A DNA stretch of 64,000 bases from Clostridia bacterium (GCA_017621695.1 JAGASP010000070.1:126-64125); one strand, 5' to 3'. Shown: positions 27,406 through 36,738, counted from the first letter of the stretch. Made by a program: numbers and translations. Notes: a model not told the origin generated them from the sequence alone.

Positions 27406-27796
27406 GGACAGCATCCAGAAGAGAGTGGCCAAGGCCACCGACGCAGCACCCGCAGAAGAAGTAAAGGCCGAGGCGACCGTACCCGCTGAAGAGCCTGCCG
27501 CCAAGAAGACCGCCACGGCAAAGGGTACCTCCTCGGGTACCAAAAAGGCAACGTCTGCCGCCACCGGCGCCAAGAAGCCCGCTGCAAAGGCAACCGCTGC
27601 AAAGGCAGCCGCTCCCAAGGCCGCAACTGCCAAGAAGCCCGTTACAAAGCCTGCTGCTCCCAAGGCAGAAGAGCCTGCCACCGCCGTGCTCTCCAACGTC
27701 TCCCCTGAGACCGTCGCCGCCGTCATCGGCCATGACGAGAAGAAGCCCTCGGATAAGGTGAAGATCGGCCAGAAGATGCCGACGTATTTGCTGTAA
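27392..27796 (+). CDS. Small basic intrinsically disordered Ala/Lys/Pro-rich protein (ParA partner; McdB-like candidate)
   Basis: 134 aa. Overlaps the parA 3' end by 14 nt and has an AAGGAGG RBS. Codon usage matches its neighbours (AAG, GCC, ATC). A strong terminator follows. Confidence 0.7.
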   Translation: MPIGKDSIQKRVAKATDAAPAEEVKAEATVPAEEPAAKKTATAKGTSSGTKKATSAATGAKKPAAKATAAKAAAPKAATAKKPVTKPAAPKAEEPATAVLSNVSPETVAAVIGHDEKKPSDKVKIGQKMPTYLL

Positions 27797-27816
27797 ATCG
27801 AAACCGAATACAAAAG

Positions 27817-27860
27817 AACCGCATCGCGGAGGAATTTCTCCCCGCGATGCGGTTTTGTCA
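27817..27860. terminator. Strong rho-independent terminator (possibly bidirectional)
   Basis: Perfect 13-bp stem aaccgcatcgcgg / ccgcgatgcggtt followed by ttttgtc. It sits between convergent genes. Confidence 0.85.
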
Positions 27861-27888
27861 TTCGTATGCAAATTTGACAGGCGCTTAC

Positions 27889-28539
27889 TTATTTCGCTGC
27901 CAGCGTGTCAAACACCGTCTGCGCCAGCTCTGCATCCGCCGCAACCTCGGTCACGGTCACGGTATAGCTATACGCACCAATCGTTGTCACATACTGCGTC
28001 TGCTTCATAGACATGCCCTGCGTTGTGTTGTCAAAGGACATCACCAGCACCTTAAGTCCCTGCGCGTTTTCCTTTCTCTCCAGCTTGACGTTATCCACCG
28101 TCATACCCATCGCCTCGTAGACGGGCTTCATTTGGGCTTCAAAATCCTGGATCGTCATGGTATCATAAAATGCATTCTTGCTTTCGCTGACGACCGTAAT
28201 ATTGTTGCCGGTCGCAGCATCCTGCAGGATCACGACGCTTCCGTCCTGCTTGGCCCATCCCTTGGGATAAGCGAAAGAAAGCGCATCATTTTCAAACAAG
28301 GTGTAGCCCGCGGGAGCGGTGACCGTCGACTGCGTCTCAGCCTCGGTCGCAGCGTCGGTCTCGGTCTCGATCTCGGTTGCGGCCTCGGTTGCGGCTGACG
28401 TGTCATCAGATACACCCGTCTCGGCTTGGGTGGTCTTTGCGTCGGTATCGTCCTGATCTTTATCCCGATTTGCCGCGTCACACGCGACCAGTGCTGTCAA
28501 ACAGCAGGTTGCCAACAAAAGGCTTAACAGTTTTTTCAT
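27889..28539 (-). CDS. Lipoprotein of unknown function
   Basis: Signal peptide with lipobox LVAC, then an acidic Thr/Glu/Ala-rich linker and a ~130-aa globular domain. Confidence 0.75.
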   Translation of the reverse strand: MKKLLSLLLATCCLTALVACDAANRDKDQDDTDAKTTQAETGVSDDTSAATEAATEIETETDAATEAETQSTVTAPAGYTLFENDALSFAYPKGWAKQDGSVVILQDAATGNNITVVSESKNAFYDTMTIQDFEAQMKPVYEAMGMTVDNVKLERKENAQGLKVLVMSFDNTTQGMSMKQTQYVTTIGAYSYTVTVTEVAADAELAQTVFDTLAAK

Positions 28540-28632
28540 GGTTTTTCTCTCTTTCTCATGGATTCTCTATGTGCCCTGCGCTATGCAAAACAGCATACCC
28601 GCCGTCAGCAATCACACAGCACGGTTGTATGC

Positions 28633-29574
28633 TCAGATTTCAAATTTCACTTCCTGATATGTGTCCGCATCGGCAGGAGGGGTGACCTGGGTCGTACCCG
28701 CGTTGGAAAGCACAACCTTTGCCTCCATGATGCAAGCCATACCCATCATATCCATATCGGCGCCGTAAGAGATGTACGCCAGCGAACCGTCCGCGCGGAA
28801 GCAAGCGTGGTAGGTCATGCTGTTGAGAGTCACACCTTCCCCGGCCAGATCTCCCCAAACATCTTCGTCGGCGGCTGCCAGCATTTCCTGCGTAATATTC
28901 AGGGATACAAGATAGAGTCCGTCCTCGGTTTTGGCAAAGACCGTATCCTTGAGCCAATCCTCGGGCATGGGCATCAAGGTATCGCCGGGAAGCTCAAGAC
29001 CGTAGTACAGTTCCGCATTCTCGGGGCTGATGGTCATGACCACTTTGGCCAGCTCAAGATTCTCATCCAAATCCTCGGTATAAAGCTTGCCGTCTACGTA
29101 CCACATCTCCATCACAGCGCGTTCCTCGAACAGCGCGTAGCTTTCGGTCTTGGCGTATACGTTGCCGCCGGCAAACTTGAACCATGCCTTTTCGGTCGTC
29201 TCGATATGCATTTCCGAGCCACCGTCATTCATATTCATGGTGATCTTCATTTCCTGTTCGGCTTCGTAATTGGTCTTGTACAGCGTCTCTGCCTCGGCAT
29301 ACAGCGCATAAGGTGTCTTGCCGTTCAGCGTCTTGGAAATCTCACGGCCCTCGGCATCCGTTTCTACGGGTGCTTCCGTCGCTTGCTCGGTGGGTGCCTC
29401 TGTAGGTGCTTCTGCGGTCTCGGTTGCACCTTCAGCTACCGTATCGGCAGAGGTTTCAACCGTGGCTTCTTCGCTTTCAGTCAGGTCGTCCTTTTCGGAA
29501 TCACAGGCAACCAAAGCGGCCGCGGATACCGCCAAAAGGCCGCACATACATAAAATCAACAGTTTCTTTTTCAT
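28633..29574 (-). CDS. Lipoprotein of unknown function
   Basis: Start at MKKKLLILCMCGLLAVSAAALVAC (lipobox) with a GGAAAG RBS. Acidic TE/AP-rich linker. Confidence 0.75.
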   Translation of the reverse strand: MKKKLLILCMCGLLAVSAAALVACDSEKDDLTESEEATVETSADTVAEGATETAEAPTEAPTEQATEAPVETDAEGREISKTLNGKTPYALYAEAETLYKTNYEAEQEMKITMNMNDGGSEMHIETTEKAWFKFAGGNVYAKTESYALFEERAVMEMWYVDGKLYTEDLDENLELAKVVMTISPENAELYYGLELPGDTLMPMPEDWLKDTVFAKTEDGLYLVSLNITQEMLAAADEDVWGDLAGEGVTLNSMTYHACFRADGSLAYISYGADMDMMGMACIMEAKVVLSNAGTTQVTPPADADTYQEVKFEI

Positions 29575-29691
29575 GGTACTTTCCTTTCTTTGATCAAACG
29601 CACTCGGGGTGCTTATATATGTAGTCCCCGTTTGCATAACAATCTTTCGAGCTTTTTTAAAATATTAAAATATTTTTTCAGAAGTAATCGT

Positions 29692-31710
29692 TTACTTGTC
29701 CATCTGATAGAGATAGCTCAGCCGTCCCATGGGAAGCGAGCGTCCCGTCACGTAATAATCCATGATCTCATCGGTATCGGCAACACCGTCTGCCACCTTA
29801 AAATAGAAGTCTCCGCCGTTTTCAAGACCCAACGCGGCGCGAGGGATGCTGACCTGCATGACGTTGCCCTGTACCGTGTAAGTAGCAACGGCGTCCAGCT
29901 TGGTGCCCGTATAGTCGGCATTCAGAGCTTCCACGGTAGCGGTCTGTCCGTCGCGGGAGCGTCCGATGACATATTCATAGCTTTCCCAGCCCTTCACGGT
30001 GGGATTTGTACCCGTACCGATAAAGATGTTCATAAAGTTTTCCGCATCGCTGACCACCATATCCGCCTCGGATCTAATATAAAAATACAGATTATCCGCA
30101 TCGTTGGTGACACGCACCTCTGTGATGTTGTTGGTTACGGCATCCTGCTTGTAATGCACCGAGGCCGCACCGCCTACGCTGTCGCGGAGTCCGTTGTCGC
30201 TGCCGATGCGACGGTAGATGGCGTTTACATCCGCCCATTGAGAAGCGTCCCCCTGCACGTCGATGGTCTTGCGCAGGGTATCGGCGATCATGCCCTCGGC
30301 GGTATTGTACTTATACTGACGGATATAGGACATCATCTGGATATAGTACGCATCCTCGTAGCCACCCTTCATGGGCTCGGCATCACGGGAATACTCCATA
30401 TCCACGTTGTCGGTATAGGTGTATTCTCCTCCATACCAGTTCTTCTGGGCAACCCATTCGTTCCAGCCTGTGATGCACACGAATCTGGGATCGCGTCTCA
30501 GCGCGATCTTCCATTGTGCGTCAAAGAAGGTTCCTCTGTAAATGTCCTCGTGCACATTGACCTTTTTCTTTGTATCATAGCCGCGTCCCCAGTTCATCCA
30601 ATTTTCATGTGTGAGGGAGAAGCTGAAGGGGACACCGGGATGGGTTGCGATGGACACACTCATCATATCGGTATTGACAGGCTGGGGATATTGCCATTCG
30701 GTATAAGGCCAACCGTTCTCCACCAGCGGATCCCAAGGCCAGCGCACCTCGCGCATATAGAAGAAATCCTGTAGCTTCTGCGGCAGATCTCCGGGGTTAT
30801 AGGAGGTGTCTCCACGGGTAGCCGCCTCAGCCATATCCTTTTCGGCGGTGGTGTATCCGATCATCATGGGCTTTCCGTCCACACAGTACCATGATTCCTT
30901 GTATTTGTTCTTTGCGTAGAAGGTGCCGTAGAGATTCTGAATGGTCTGGATGGAGCGGCTGTGGGTGATCCACGTGATCTGCGGCGCATCCCAACCCTTC
31001 TCACGAAGCTCGCAGATGACCTTCATGATCTTCTCGGCCACGTTGGCATAAATGAGGGTATTGGTCGCGTCAAACATCAAAAAGTCCACGCCGGCACTTG
31101 TCAGCATCTCCAGATGCTTGCGGATGATGAACTCGTCGGCGCTGTTATAATAGCCGTAGAGGGGTTCTTCCCACCAATGGAACTGCCCCGCAGGGCTGAC
31201 CTTGGGATCATTTGTATGGAAGAGCATCTCCTCTCCGTATTGCTCCAATATAGAGGGGATATCATAGACCTCGGGCTGGTTGTGCTGTCCCAACCAGAGG
31301 AAATAAAATATGCCAACCTCCTTATCCTCCTTGCGAGAGGAAACGGGGGAGAGACTGCGGCCGTACTCATCAAAGCCGACCAGCATATTCACGTTATAGC
31401 CGTCGCCGTACATATCCATGGCTGTCCTTTCCGGCACAGGTGCCTCGGTTTCTTCTTGTGTGGGGGCCTCGGTTGAAGGCTCGGTGGGTATCTCGATGGG
31501 CGCATCCGTCGGTGATTCGCCTGCCTCAGAGAGGGATTCTGCCGAAGCTTCGGGAACCGGTTCCGTATGCAAATTCGTTGAAGCTTCGGTGGCCGTCGCG
31601 GATTCCGACGGATCGGTTGCAAGGGTTTGCGGCTCGTCGGAAGCATCCGAGCAAGCAACCGCCACAAGGATCAGCAAGCAGAGGCAAAGCAGTATACATA
31701 TTTTCTTCAT
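29692..31710 (-). CDS. Lipoprotein with glycoside-hydrolase-like TIM-barrel core (family unassigned; paralog of the core of 50475-53429)
   Basis: Start MKKICILLCLCLLILVAVAC (lipobox) preceded by GGGAGGAAA. Motifs GIFYFLW, YGYYNSADEFIIRKH, VDFLMFDATN, ITGWNEW and EYSRDAEPMKGG. Confidence 0.6.
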   Translation of the reverse strand: MKKICILLCLCLLILVAVACSDASDEPQTLATDPSESATATEASTNLHTEPVPEASAESLSEAGESPTDAPIEIPTEPSTEAPTQEETEAPVPERTAMDMYGDGYNVNMLVGFDEYGRSLSPVSSRKEDKEVGIFYFLWLGQHNQPEVYDIPSILEQYGEEMLFHTNDPKVSPAGQFHWWEEPLYGYYNSADEFIIRKHLEMLTSAGVDFLMFDATNTLIYANVAEKIMKVICELREKGWDAPQITWITHSRSIQTIQNLYGTFYAKNKYKESWYCVDGKPMMIGYTTAEKDMAEAATRGDTSYNPGDLPQKLQDFFYMREVRWPWDPLVENGWPYTEWQYPQPVNTDMMSVSIATHPGVPFSFSLTHENWMNWGRGYDTKKKVNVHEDIYRGTFFDAQWKIALRRDPRFVCITGWNEWVAQKNWYGGEYTYTDNVDMEYSRDAEPMKGGYEDAYYIQMMSYIRQYKYNTAEGMIADTLRKTIDVQGDASQWADVNAIYRRIGSDNGLRDSVGGAASVHYKQDAVTNNITEVRVTNDADNLYFYIRSEADMVVSDAENFMNIFIGTGTNPTVKGWESYEYVIGRSRDGQTATVEALNADYTGTKLDAVATYTVQGNVMQVSIPRAALGLENGGDFYFKVADGVADTDEIMDYYVTGRSLPMGRLSYLYQMDK

Positions 31711-31874
31711 AGGTCTTATTTCCTCCCGAAAGCTTTTTCCCATTATACCATCTCTCCGACGGTGTGTCAAGGGGGAGAAAGTTCAAAATGCAGTTTCTTT
31801 ATCTCCGCATAAACCCTTGGAAATTCGGACATGATATTTTTGCCATGAGATCACTAAAAAAATAGATGTCTCCA

Positions 31875-31903
31875 TTGACAGCCCCGTTTTTTTGTGATAT
31901 AAT
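31875..31903 (+). promoter_or_regulatory. Consensus sigma-A promoter for the glg operon
   Basis: TTGACA, 17-nt spacer, TATAAT with extended -10 TG (gtgatataat). Confidence 0.7.
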
Positions 31904-31943
31904 AACAATAATGAATTAAAATCAGCAAAAGGAATTGTGTTGT

Positions 31944-33971
31944 ATGATGACTGATCCGGTCAAAAGAACCGAAAAAAGCACCTCTATCGTCGAAACGCCT
32001 CCCGCCGCCTCCGCCCATCATCACACGATGGACGAGTATCTTTTCCACCAGGGAACGGCGCGTCATGCCTATCAGTATCTCGGCGCCAACGAGGAAAACG
32101 ACCAGATCGTGTTCCGCGTGTGGGCTCCCCATGCCCTGGGCGTTTCCGTCGTAGGTAGCTTTTGTAACGACTGGCAGATCGGCCTTCCTATGAAAAGGAT
32201 CAACGATCAAGGCCTTTGGGAGCTGTCCGTTCCCGGCACAACCGTCCCCGACGGTGCACTTTATAAATACCGCATCTTGTCTCCCGGCGGAGAGATCCGC
32301 ATGAAGGCCGATCCCTACGGCCGCTATATGGAAGTCCCCCCCGCGACCGCAACGGTATTCCAGCGCGAAAAGGATTTTGCGTGGCATGACAAGGGCTGGC
32401 TTCGCCAGCGTGCTGAGCGTGCCGCCTCGGGGAGAAAGTATCCCTTCAACATTTACGAACTGCATCTGGGCTCCTGGAAGCACAACGAAAACGGTCTTCC
32501 CCTCAGCTACCGTCAATTGGCGGACGAGCTGGCGCCTTATCTCAAGCAGATGGGCTATACCCACGTGGAGCTGATGCCCGTCATGGAGCATCCCTATACC
32601 GGCTCGTGGGGTTATCAAATCTGTGGCTACTATGCCCCCACCTCCCGCTATGGCACGCCTGAGGATTTCGCCGCCTTCGTGGATATCCTGCACGGTGCGG
32701 GGATCGGCGTGATCCTGGACTGGGTTCCCGCCCATTTCCCCAAGGACGCGCACGGACTCTATCGCTTTGACGGTGCGCCTCTCTATGAATACGAGGATCC
32801 CACACGGCAGGAAAACCGCGGCTGGGGCACCTGTTGCTTTGACGTTGGCCGCAGAGAAGTAAAATCCTTCCTGATCTCCAACGCCTATTACTGGATTGAA
32901 AAATTCCATGTGGACGGTCTCAGAGTCGATGCCGTCGCTTCCATGCTGTATCTGGACTATGACCGCGACCATGGCCAGTGGCATCCCAATCTGTACGGAG
33001 ACCGCGGAAATCTGGAGGCCATTTCCTTCTTCCAGCACCTCAATCACAGCATCAAGGAGGATCACCCCGACGTTGTCACCATTGCGGAAGAATCCACCAT
33101 GTGGCCCAACGTCACCACCTTTGACGAATACGGCCTTGGATTTAGCTACAAGTGGAACATGGGCTGGATGAACGATACGTTGCGCTACGTCAAGGAAGAC
33201 CCCCTTTTCCGCAAGCATAACCATGGGCTGATCACCCATATTCCCTCTTACGCATACGAAGAAAATTATGTTTTGCCCATCTCCCACGACGAGGTGGTGC
33301 ATCTCAAGAAATCCTTCCTCGACAAAATGCCCGGTGACTATTGGCAAAAATTTGCAGGTGCACGCGTGTTTGCTGCTTGGATGATGACCCATCCCGGCGC
33401 AAAGCTGTGGTTCATGGGTGCTGAGATCGGCCAGTTTGCCGAGTGGAGTGAATCCAGACAGCTCGACTGGTTCCTGTTGGAATATGATTACCACGCCATG
33501 CTCCAGCATTATTTTGCTTCGCTGAATCATTTCTACCTCGCCACTCCCGCGCTTTGGGATGAGGATCCCGACGCACCGGAAACGGGATTCGTCTGGTCGG
33601 ACGGCTCTCTTTGGGAAGAGAGTATGCTCATCTTCCGCCGCGTCGCACGAGATGGCAAGGAGGTCAGTGTCATTCTCAACTTTACTCCCGTGGCACGGGA
33701 GGACTTCCCTGTTTCGGTTCCCTTCGCGGGAGATTACACCGAAATTTTCAATTCCGATGCCAAGGAATTCGGCGGTAGCGGCGTTGTCAACACCGGCACG
33801 CTGACCGCAACCACCAATGGGGACAGGCATACCCTGCCCCTCCGCATTCCGCCCTTGGGTTGCTCTGTGATCGTCTCTTCAAGCCAGCCTACCGTTACCG
33901 TGACCAAAACCACGGCTACGAGAAGCAGACCCGTCAAAACAGCAGAGGCAAGACCCTCGGCGAAGGAATAA
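31944..33971 (+). CDS. glgB: 1,4-alpha-glucan branching enzyme
   Basis: GH13 motifs GVILDWVPAHF, DGLRVDAVASM and AEESTMW. Start is uncertain: ATG at 31944, or an internal Met about 30 codons downstream. Confidence 0.9.
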   Translation: MMTDPVKRTEKSTSIVETPPAASAHHHTMDEYLFHQGTARHAYQYLGANEENDQIVFRVWAPHALGVSVVGSFCNDWQIGLPMKRINDQGLWELSVPGTTVPDGALYKYRILSPGGEIRMKADPYGRYMEVPPATATVFQREKDFAWHDKGWLRQRAERAASGRKYPFNIYELHLGSWKHNENGLPLSYRQLADELAPYLKQMGYTHVELMPVMEHPYTGSWGYQICGYYAPTSRYGTPEDFAAFVDILHGAGIGVILDWVPAHFPKDAHGLYRFDGAPLYEYEDPTRQENRGWGTCCFDVGRREVKSFLISNAYYWIEKFHVDGLRVDAVASMLYLDYDRDHGQWHPNLYGDRGNLEAISFFQHLNHSIKEDHPDVVTIAEESTMWPNVTTFDEYGLGFSYKWNMGWMNDTLRYVKEDPLFRKHNHGLITHIPSYAYEENYVLPISHDEVVHLKKSFLDKMPGDYWQKFAGARVFAAWMMTHPGAKLWFMGAEIGQFAEWSESRQLDWFLLEYDYHAMLQHYFASLNHFYLATPALWDEDPDAPETGFVWSDGSLWEESMLIFRRVARDGKEVSVILNFTPVAREDFPVSVPFAGDYTEIFNSDAKEFGGSGVVNTGTLTATTNGDRHTLPLRIPPLGCSVIVSSSQPTVTVTKTTATRSRPVKTAEARPSAKE

Positions 33972-34027
33972 GAGATACGCGACCTCCAAAACCTTTCAAA
34001 AATACCCTCCCCCTCCTGTTTTCAAGG

Positions 34028-34162
34028 ACGGATGAGGCGGTAAATGCGGATTCCCCTTGGGGAATCGACCGCTTAAGCCTCCCCCCGTTGGGGAAGGTGT
34101 CGCCAAGCATCGCGGCGGCGACGGATGAGGCGGTAAATGCGGATTCCCCTTAGGGAATCGAC
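34028..34162. repeat. Two ~43-nt direct repeats, each with a GATTCCCC-loop-GGGGAATC hairpin, separated by a third hairpin (family C)
   Basis: gacggatgaggcggtaaatgcggattcccctt(g/a)gggaatcgacc at about 34028-34070 and 34120-34162. gtcgcc...ggcgac hairpin lies between them. Confidence 0.75.
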
Positions 34163-34224
34163 CTTAAACAGTTACCAAATTCACGGCGGCAAAGCCGCCC
34201 TACATAAAAAAGGAGGCACCACAC

Positions 34225-35409
34225 ATGATCTTCAGAAAGAAAGAGTGCGTTGCGATGCTTTTGGCCGGTGGCCAGGGCTCCCGTCTCTACGCGCTCACGA
34301 CCAAGACCGCAAAGCCCGCTGTACGCTTTGGCGGTAAGTACCGAATCATTGACTTTCCCCTATCCAACTGTGTCAATTCAGGCATTGACACGGTAGGTGT
34401 GCTGACGCAGTATCAGCCTTTGGGTCTGAACGAGCACATCGGAAACGGCCTGCCTTGGGATCTTGACCGCGCCTTTGGCGGTGTCACCATCCTGCCCCCT
34501 TACCAAGGCCAGAAGCGCGCTGACTGGTACAAGGGTACCGCCAACGCCATCTACCAGAACCTTGCCTTCATCAACCGCTACGACGCCGACTACGTCCTGA
34601 TTCTGTCGGGTGACCACATCTACAAGATGGATTACGACAAGATGCTGGACTATCACAAGGAAAAGGGTGCTGATTGCACCATCGCCGTCATCGACGTGCC
34701 CATCGAGGAGGCCAGCCGCTTCGGTATCATGTCCACCAATCCCGATGGCTCTATTTATAAGTTTACCGAAAAGCCCAAGAACCCCGATAGCACCAATGCA
34801 TCCATGGGCATCTACATCTTTAACCGCAAGAAGCTGCAGGATTATCTGGAGGCCGACGAGGCTGATCCCAACTCCTCCAACGACTTCGGTAAGAACATTA
34901 TCCCCAATATGCTGGCCGCAGGAGAAAAGATGTTCGCCTATCCCTTCGAGGGATACTGGAAGGACGTCGGAACCATTTCTTCTCTCTGGGAAGCCAATAT
35001 GGATCTGCTCGGCTCTAAGCCGATTCTGAATCTCGATGATGAAAGCTGGCGTATTTTCGCCCGTCACAGCGCAGACGGTCCGCAGTACGTAGGTGCTCAC
35101 GCCTCCATTGAAAACAGCTATATCACGGAGGGCTGTGAGATCCACGGCACCGTGAAGAACTGTGTCATCGGCCCCGGTGTCAAGATCAAGTACGGCGCTT
35201 ACGTTGAGGACAGCGTCCTGATGGGTGATTTGACCGTTGAGGCGGGCGCTACCGTCAAGTACGCCATTCTCGATAGCGGCGTGACCATCGGTGCAGGCGC
35301 GATTGTGGGCGAAGACCGCGCAAGCGGCGCAGAGATCGCCGTTGTCGGCGAAGGCGTCACCATTGATGCCGGCGCGAAGATTGCGCCCGGCGCGATGCTT
35401 TCGGTATAA
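34225..35409 (+). CDS. glgC: Glucose-1-phosphate adenylyltransferase
   Basis: LAGGQGSRL motif and [29 protein letters not shown]. Confidence 0.93.
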   Translation: MIFRKKECVAMLLAGGQGSRLYALTTKTAKPAVRFGGKYRIIDFPLSNCVNSGIDTVGVLTQYQPLGLNEHIGNGLPWDLDRAFGGVTILPPYQGQKRADWYKGTANAIYQNLAFINRYDADYVLILSGDHIYKMDYDKMLDYHKEKGADCTIAVIDVPIEEASRFGIMSTNPDGSIYKFTEKPKNPDSTNASMGIYIFNRKKLQDYLEADEADPNSSNDFGKNIIPNMLAAGEKMFAYPFEGYWKDVGTISSLWEANMDLLGSKPILNLDDESWRIFARHSADGPQYVGAHASIENSYITEGCEIHGTVKNCVIGPGVKIKYGAYVEDSVLMGDLTVEAGATVKYAILDSGVTIGAGAIVGEDRASGAEIAVVGEGVTIDAGAKIAPGAMLSV

Positions 35410-35423
35410 AGGAGGGATGCGAC

Positions 35424-36554
35424 ATGACTGCAGCAGGATTGATTTTTTCTAACATTCACGACCAGAGCACCCCTGAACTGACACGGGTGCGCACCATGGC
35501 CAGCGTTCCCTTCGGCGGACGCTATCGCCTCATCGACTTTGCCCTGTCCAACATGGTCAATTCGGGCATCACCAAGGTGGGTCTGATCACCCACTACAAC
35601 TATCAGTCCCTTCTCGACCACATCGGCACGGGCAAGGACTGGGATCTGGCGCGCCGCTCGGGCGGTATCAAGATCCTTCCCCCTTACATCACAGCATATG
35701 ACAACGCAGCCGGGCAAAAGCTGTACGCTTCCCGTCTGGAGGCACTCATGGGCGCCCGTGACTTCATCACCCGTTGCACCGAGGATTGTTTCGTGCTGTC
35801 GGATTGCGACATCATCTGCAACATCGACCTTAATGCCGTCATCGAGGACCATGCCAAGAGCGGCGCTGACGTTACCTTCGTCACCAAGTGCGTGGATGTT
35901 ACGGATATGCTGATCTCCGAGCAGGTTGGCGTGATCTCCGCAGATGCTGACCGCAACGTGACCGACTTCGTCATGACCAAGCCTACGGGAGAGGTCAACC
36001 TCTACACCAACATCATGGTGGTTTCCCGTAACTACATGATGAACGTTCTGGCTGACTCGGTTGCCCACGGCTACACCAGCTTCTTCCGCGACATCATCAG
36101 CCATTCCATCGGCAAGGCCAACTATCGCATCTACGAGTACGACGGCTGGTACGCTTACATCGGCTCTCTGGAGAGCTACTTTGCCTGCTCCATGCAGTTG
36201 CTCACCGACGAGGCGAGAAACGGTCTCTTCTATGTCAAGAACCGTCCCATTCTCACCAAGGTGCGCAACTCCGCCCCCACCAAGTACAGCGATGGCGCCA
36301 ACGTCAAGAACTCCCTCGTCGCTGACGGCTGCGTCATTGAAGGTACAGTGGAAAACTCCATCCTCTTCCGCGGCGTTAAGGTCGGCAAGGGCACCGTTGT
36401 CAAGAATTCCATCCTTATGCAGGATACATATACCGGCTCGGATGTCAGCCTTAACTGCGTCATCACCGACAAGAATGCCGTCATCCGCGACGGTCGCACC
36501 CTGTCCGGTCACGAGTCCCTGCCCTTCTTCATCGGCAAGAACGGAAGTGTATAA
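35424..36554 (+). CDS. glgD: Glucose-1-phosphate adenylyltransferase regulatory subunit GlgD
   Basis: GlgC paralog lacking the GGxGxRL motif (FGGRYRLIDFALSNMVNSG) in the typical Firmicutes position after glgC. Confidence 0.88.
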   Translation: MTAAGLIFSNIHDQSTPELTRVRTMASVPFGGRYRLIDFALSNMVNSGITKVGLITHYNYQSLLDHIGTGKDWDLARRSGGIKILPPYITAYDNAAGQKLYASRLEALMGARDFITRCTEDCFVLSDCDIICNIDLNAVIEDHAKSGADVTFVTKCVDVTDMLISEQVGVISADADRNVTDFVMTKPTGEVNLYTNIMVVSRNYMMNVLADSVAHGYTSFFRDIISHSIGKANYRIYEYDGWYAYIGSLESYFACSMQLLTDEARNGLFYVKNRPILTKVRNSAPTKYSDGANVKNSLVADGCVIEGTVENSILFRGVKVGKGTVVKNSILMQDTYTGSDVSLNCVITDKNAVIRDGRTLSGHESLPFFIGKNGSV

Positions 36555-36555
36555 A

Positions 36556-36615
36556 GAGTATGCCAAGGGAAACTTTTGAAAAAGTTTCCCTTGGACCCTT
36601 CAAAACTTTTAGCAA
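36556..36615. repeat. Family A palindromic element
   Basis: ccaagggaaacttttgaaaaagtttcccttgg palindrome. Confidence 0.75.
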
Positions 36616-36670
36616 AAGAAATTTGACTGAGCAATTAAATACCTATTTATTCCGTTAAAAAATATCATGA

Positions 36671-36738
36671 TACCGTAGGGGCGACCTGTGTTGCCCGTAG
36701 TTGTTATCGGTACAGACAACTGCAGGTCGCTCCTACAG
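36671..36738. repeat. Family B-like long nested hairpin
   Basis: gtaggggcgacctg ... caggtcgctcctac outer stem with an inner agttgt/acaact stem. Confidence 0.65.

Noticed and set aside
26614-27796. Reading the ParA pair as a plasmid, ICE or prophage partition module, or as a marker of a mobile island.
   Set aside because: No integrase, relaxase, replication gene, ParB/HTH gene or phage gene is present. I saw no compositional break by eye. The flanks are the BMC operon and chromosomal lipoprotein genes. The possibility is not fully excluded, so co-occurrence analysis is still needed.
26548-27871. Minus-strand ORFs of 437 aa (26548-27861) and 162 aa (27383-27871) overlapping the parA/partner pair, which raised the question of whether the low-complexity 134-aa plus-strand ORF is real.
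   Set aside because: The minus-strand ORFs have no RBS and give low-complexity shadow-like products. The plus-strand ORF has a strong AAGGAGG RBS, host-like codon usage and a 14-nt coupling overlap with parA, and a strong terminator follows it.
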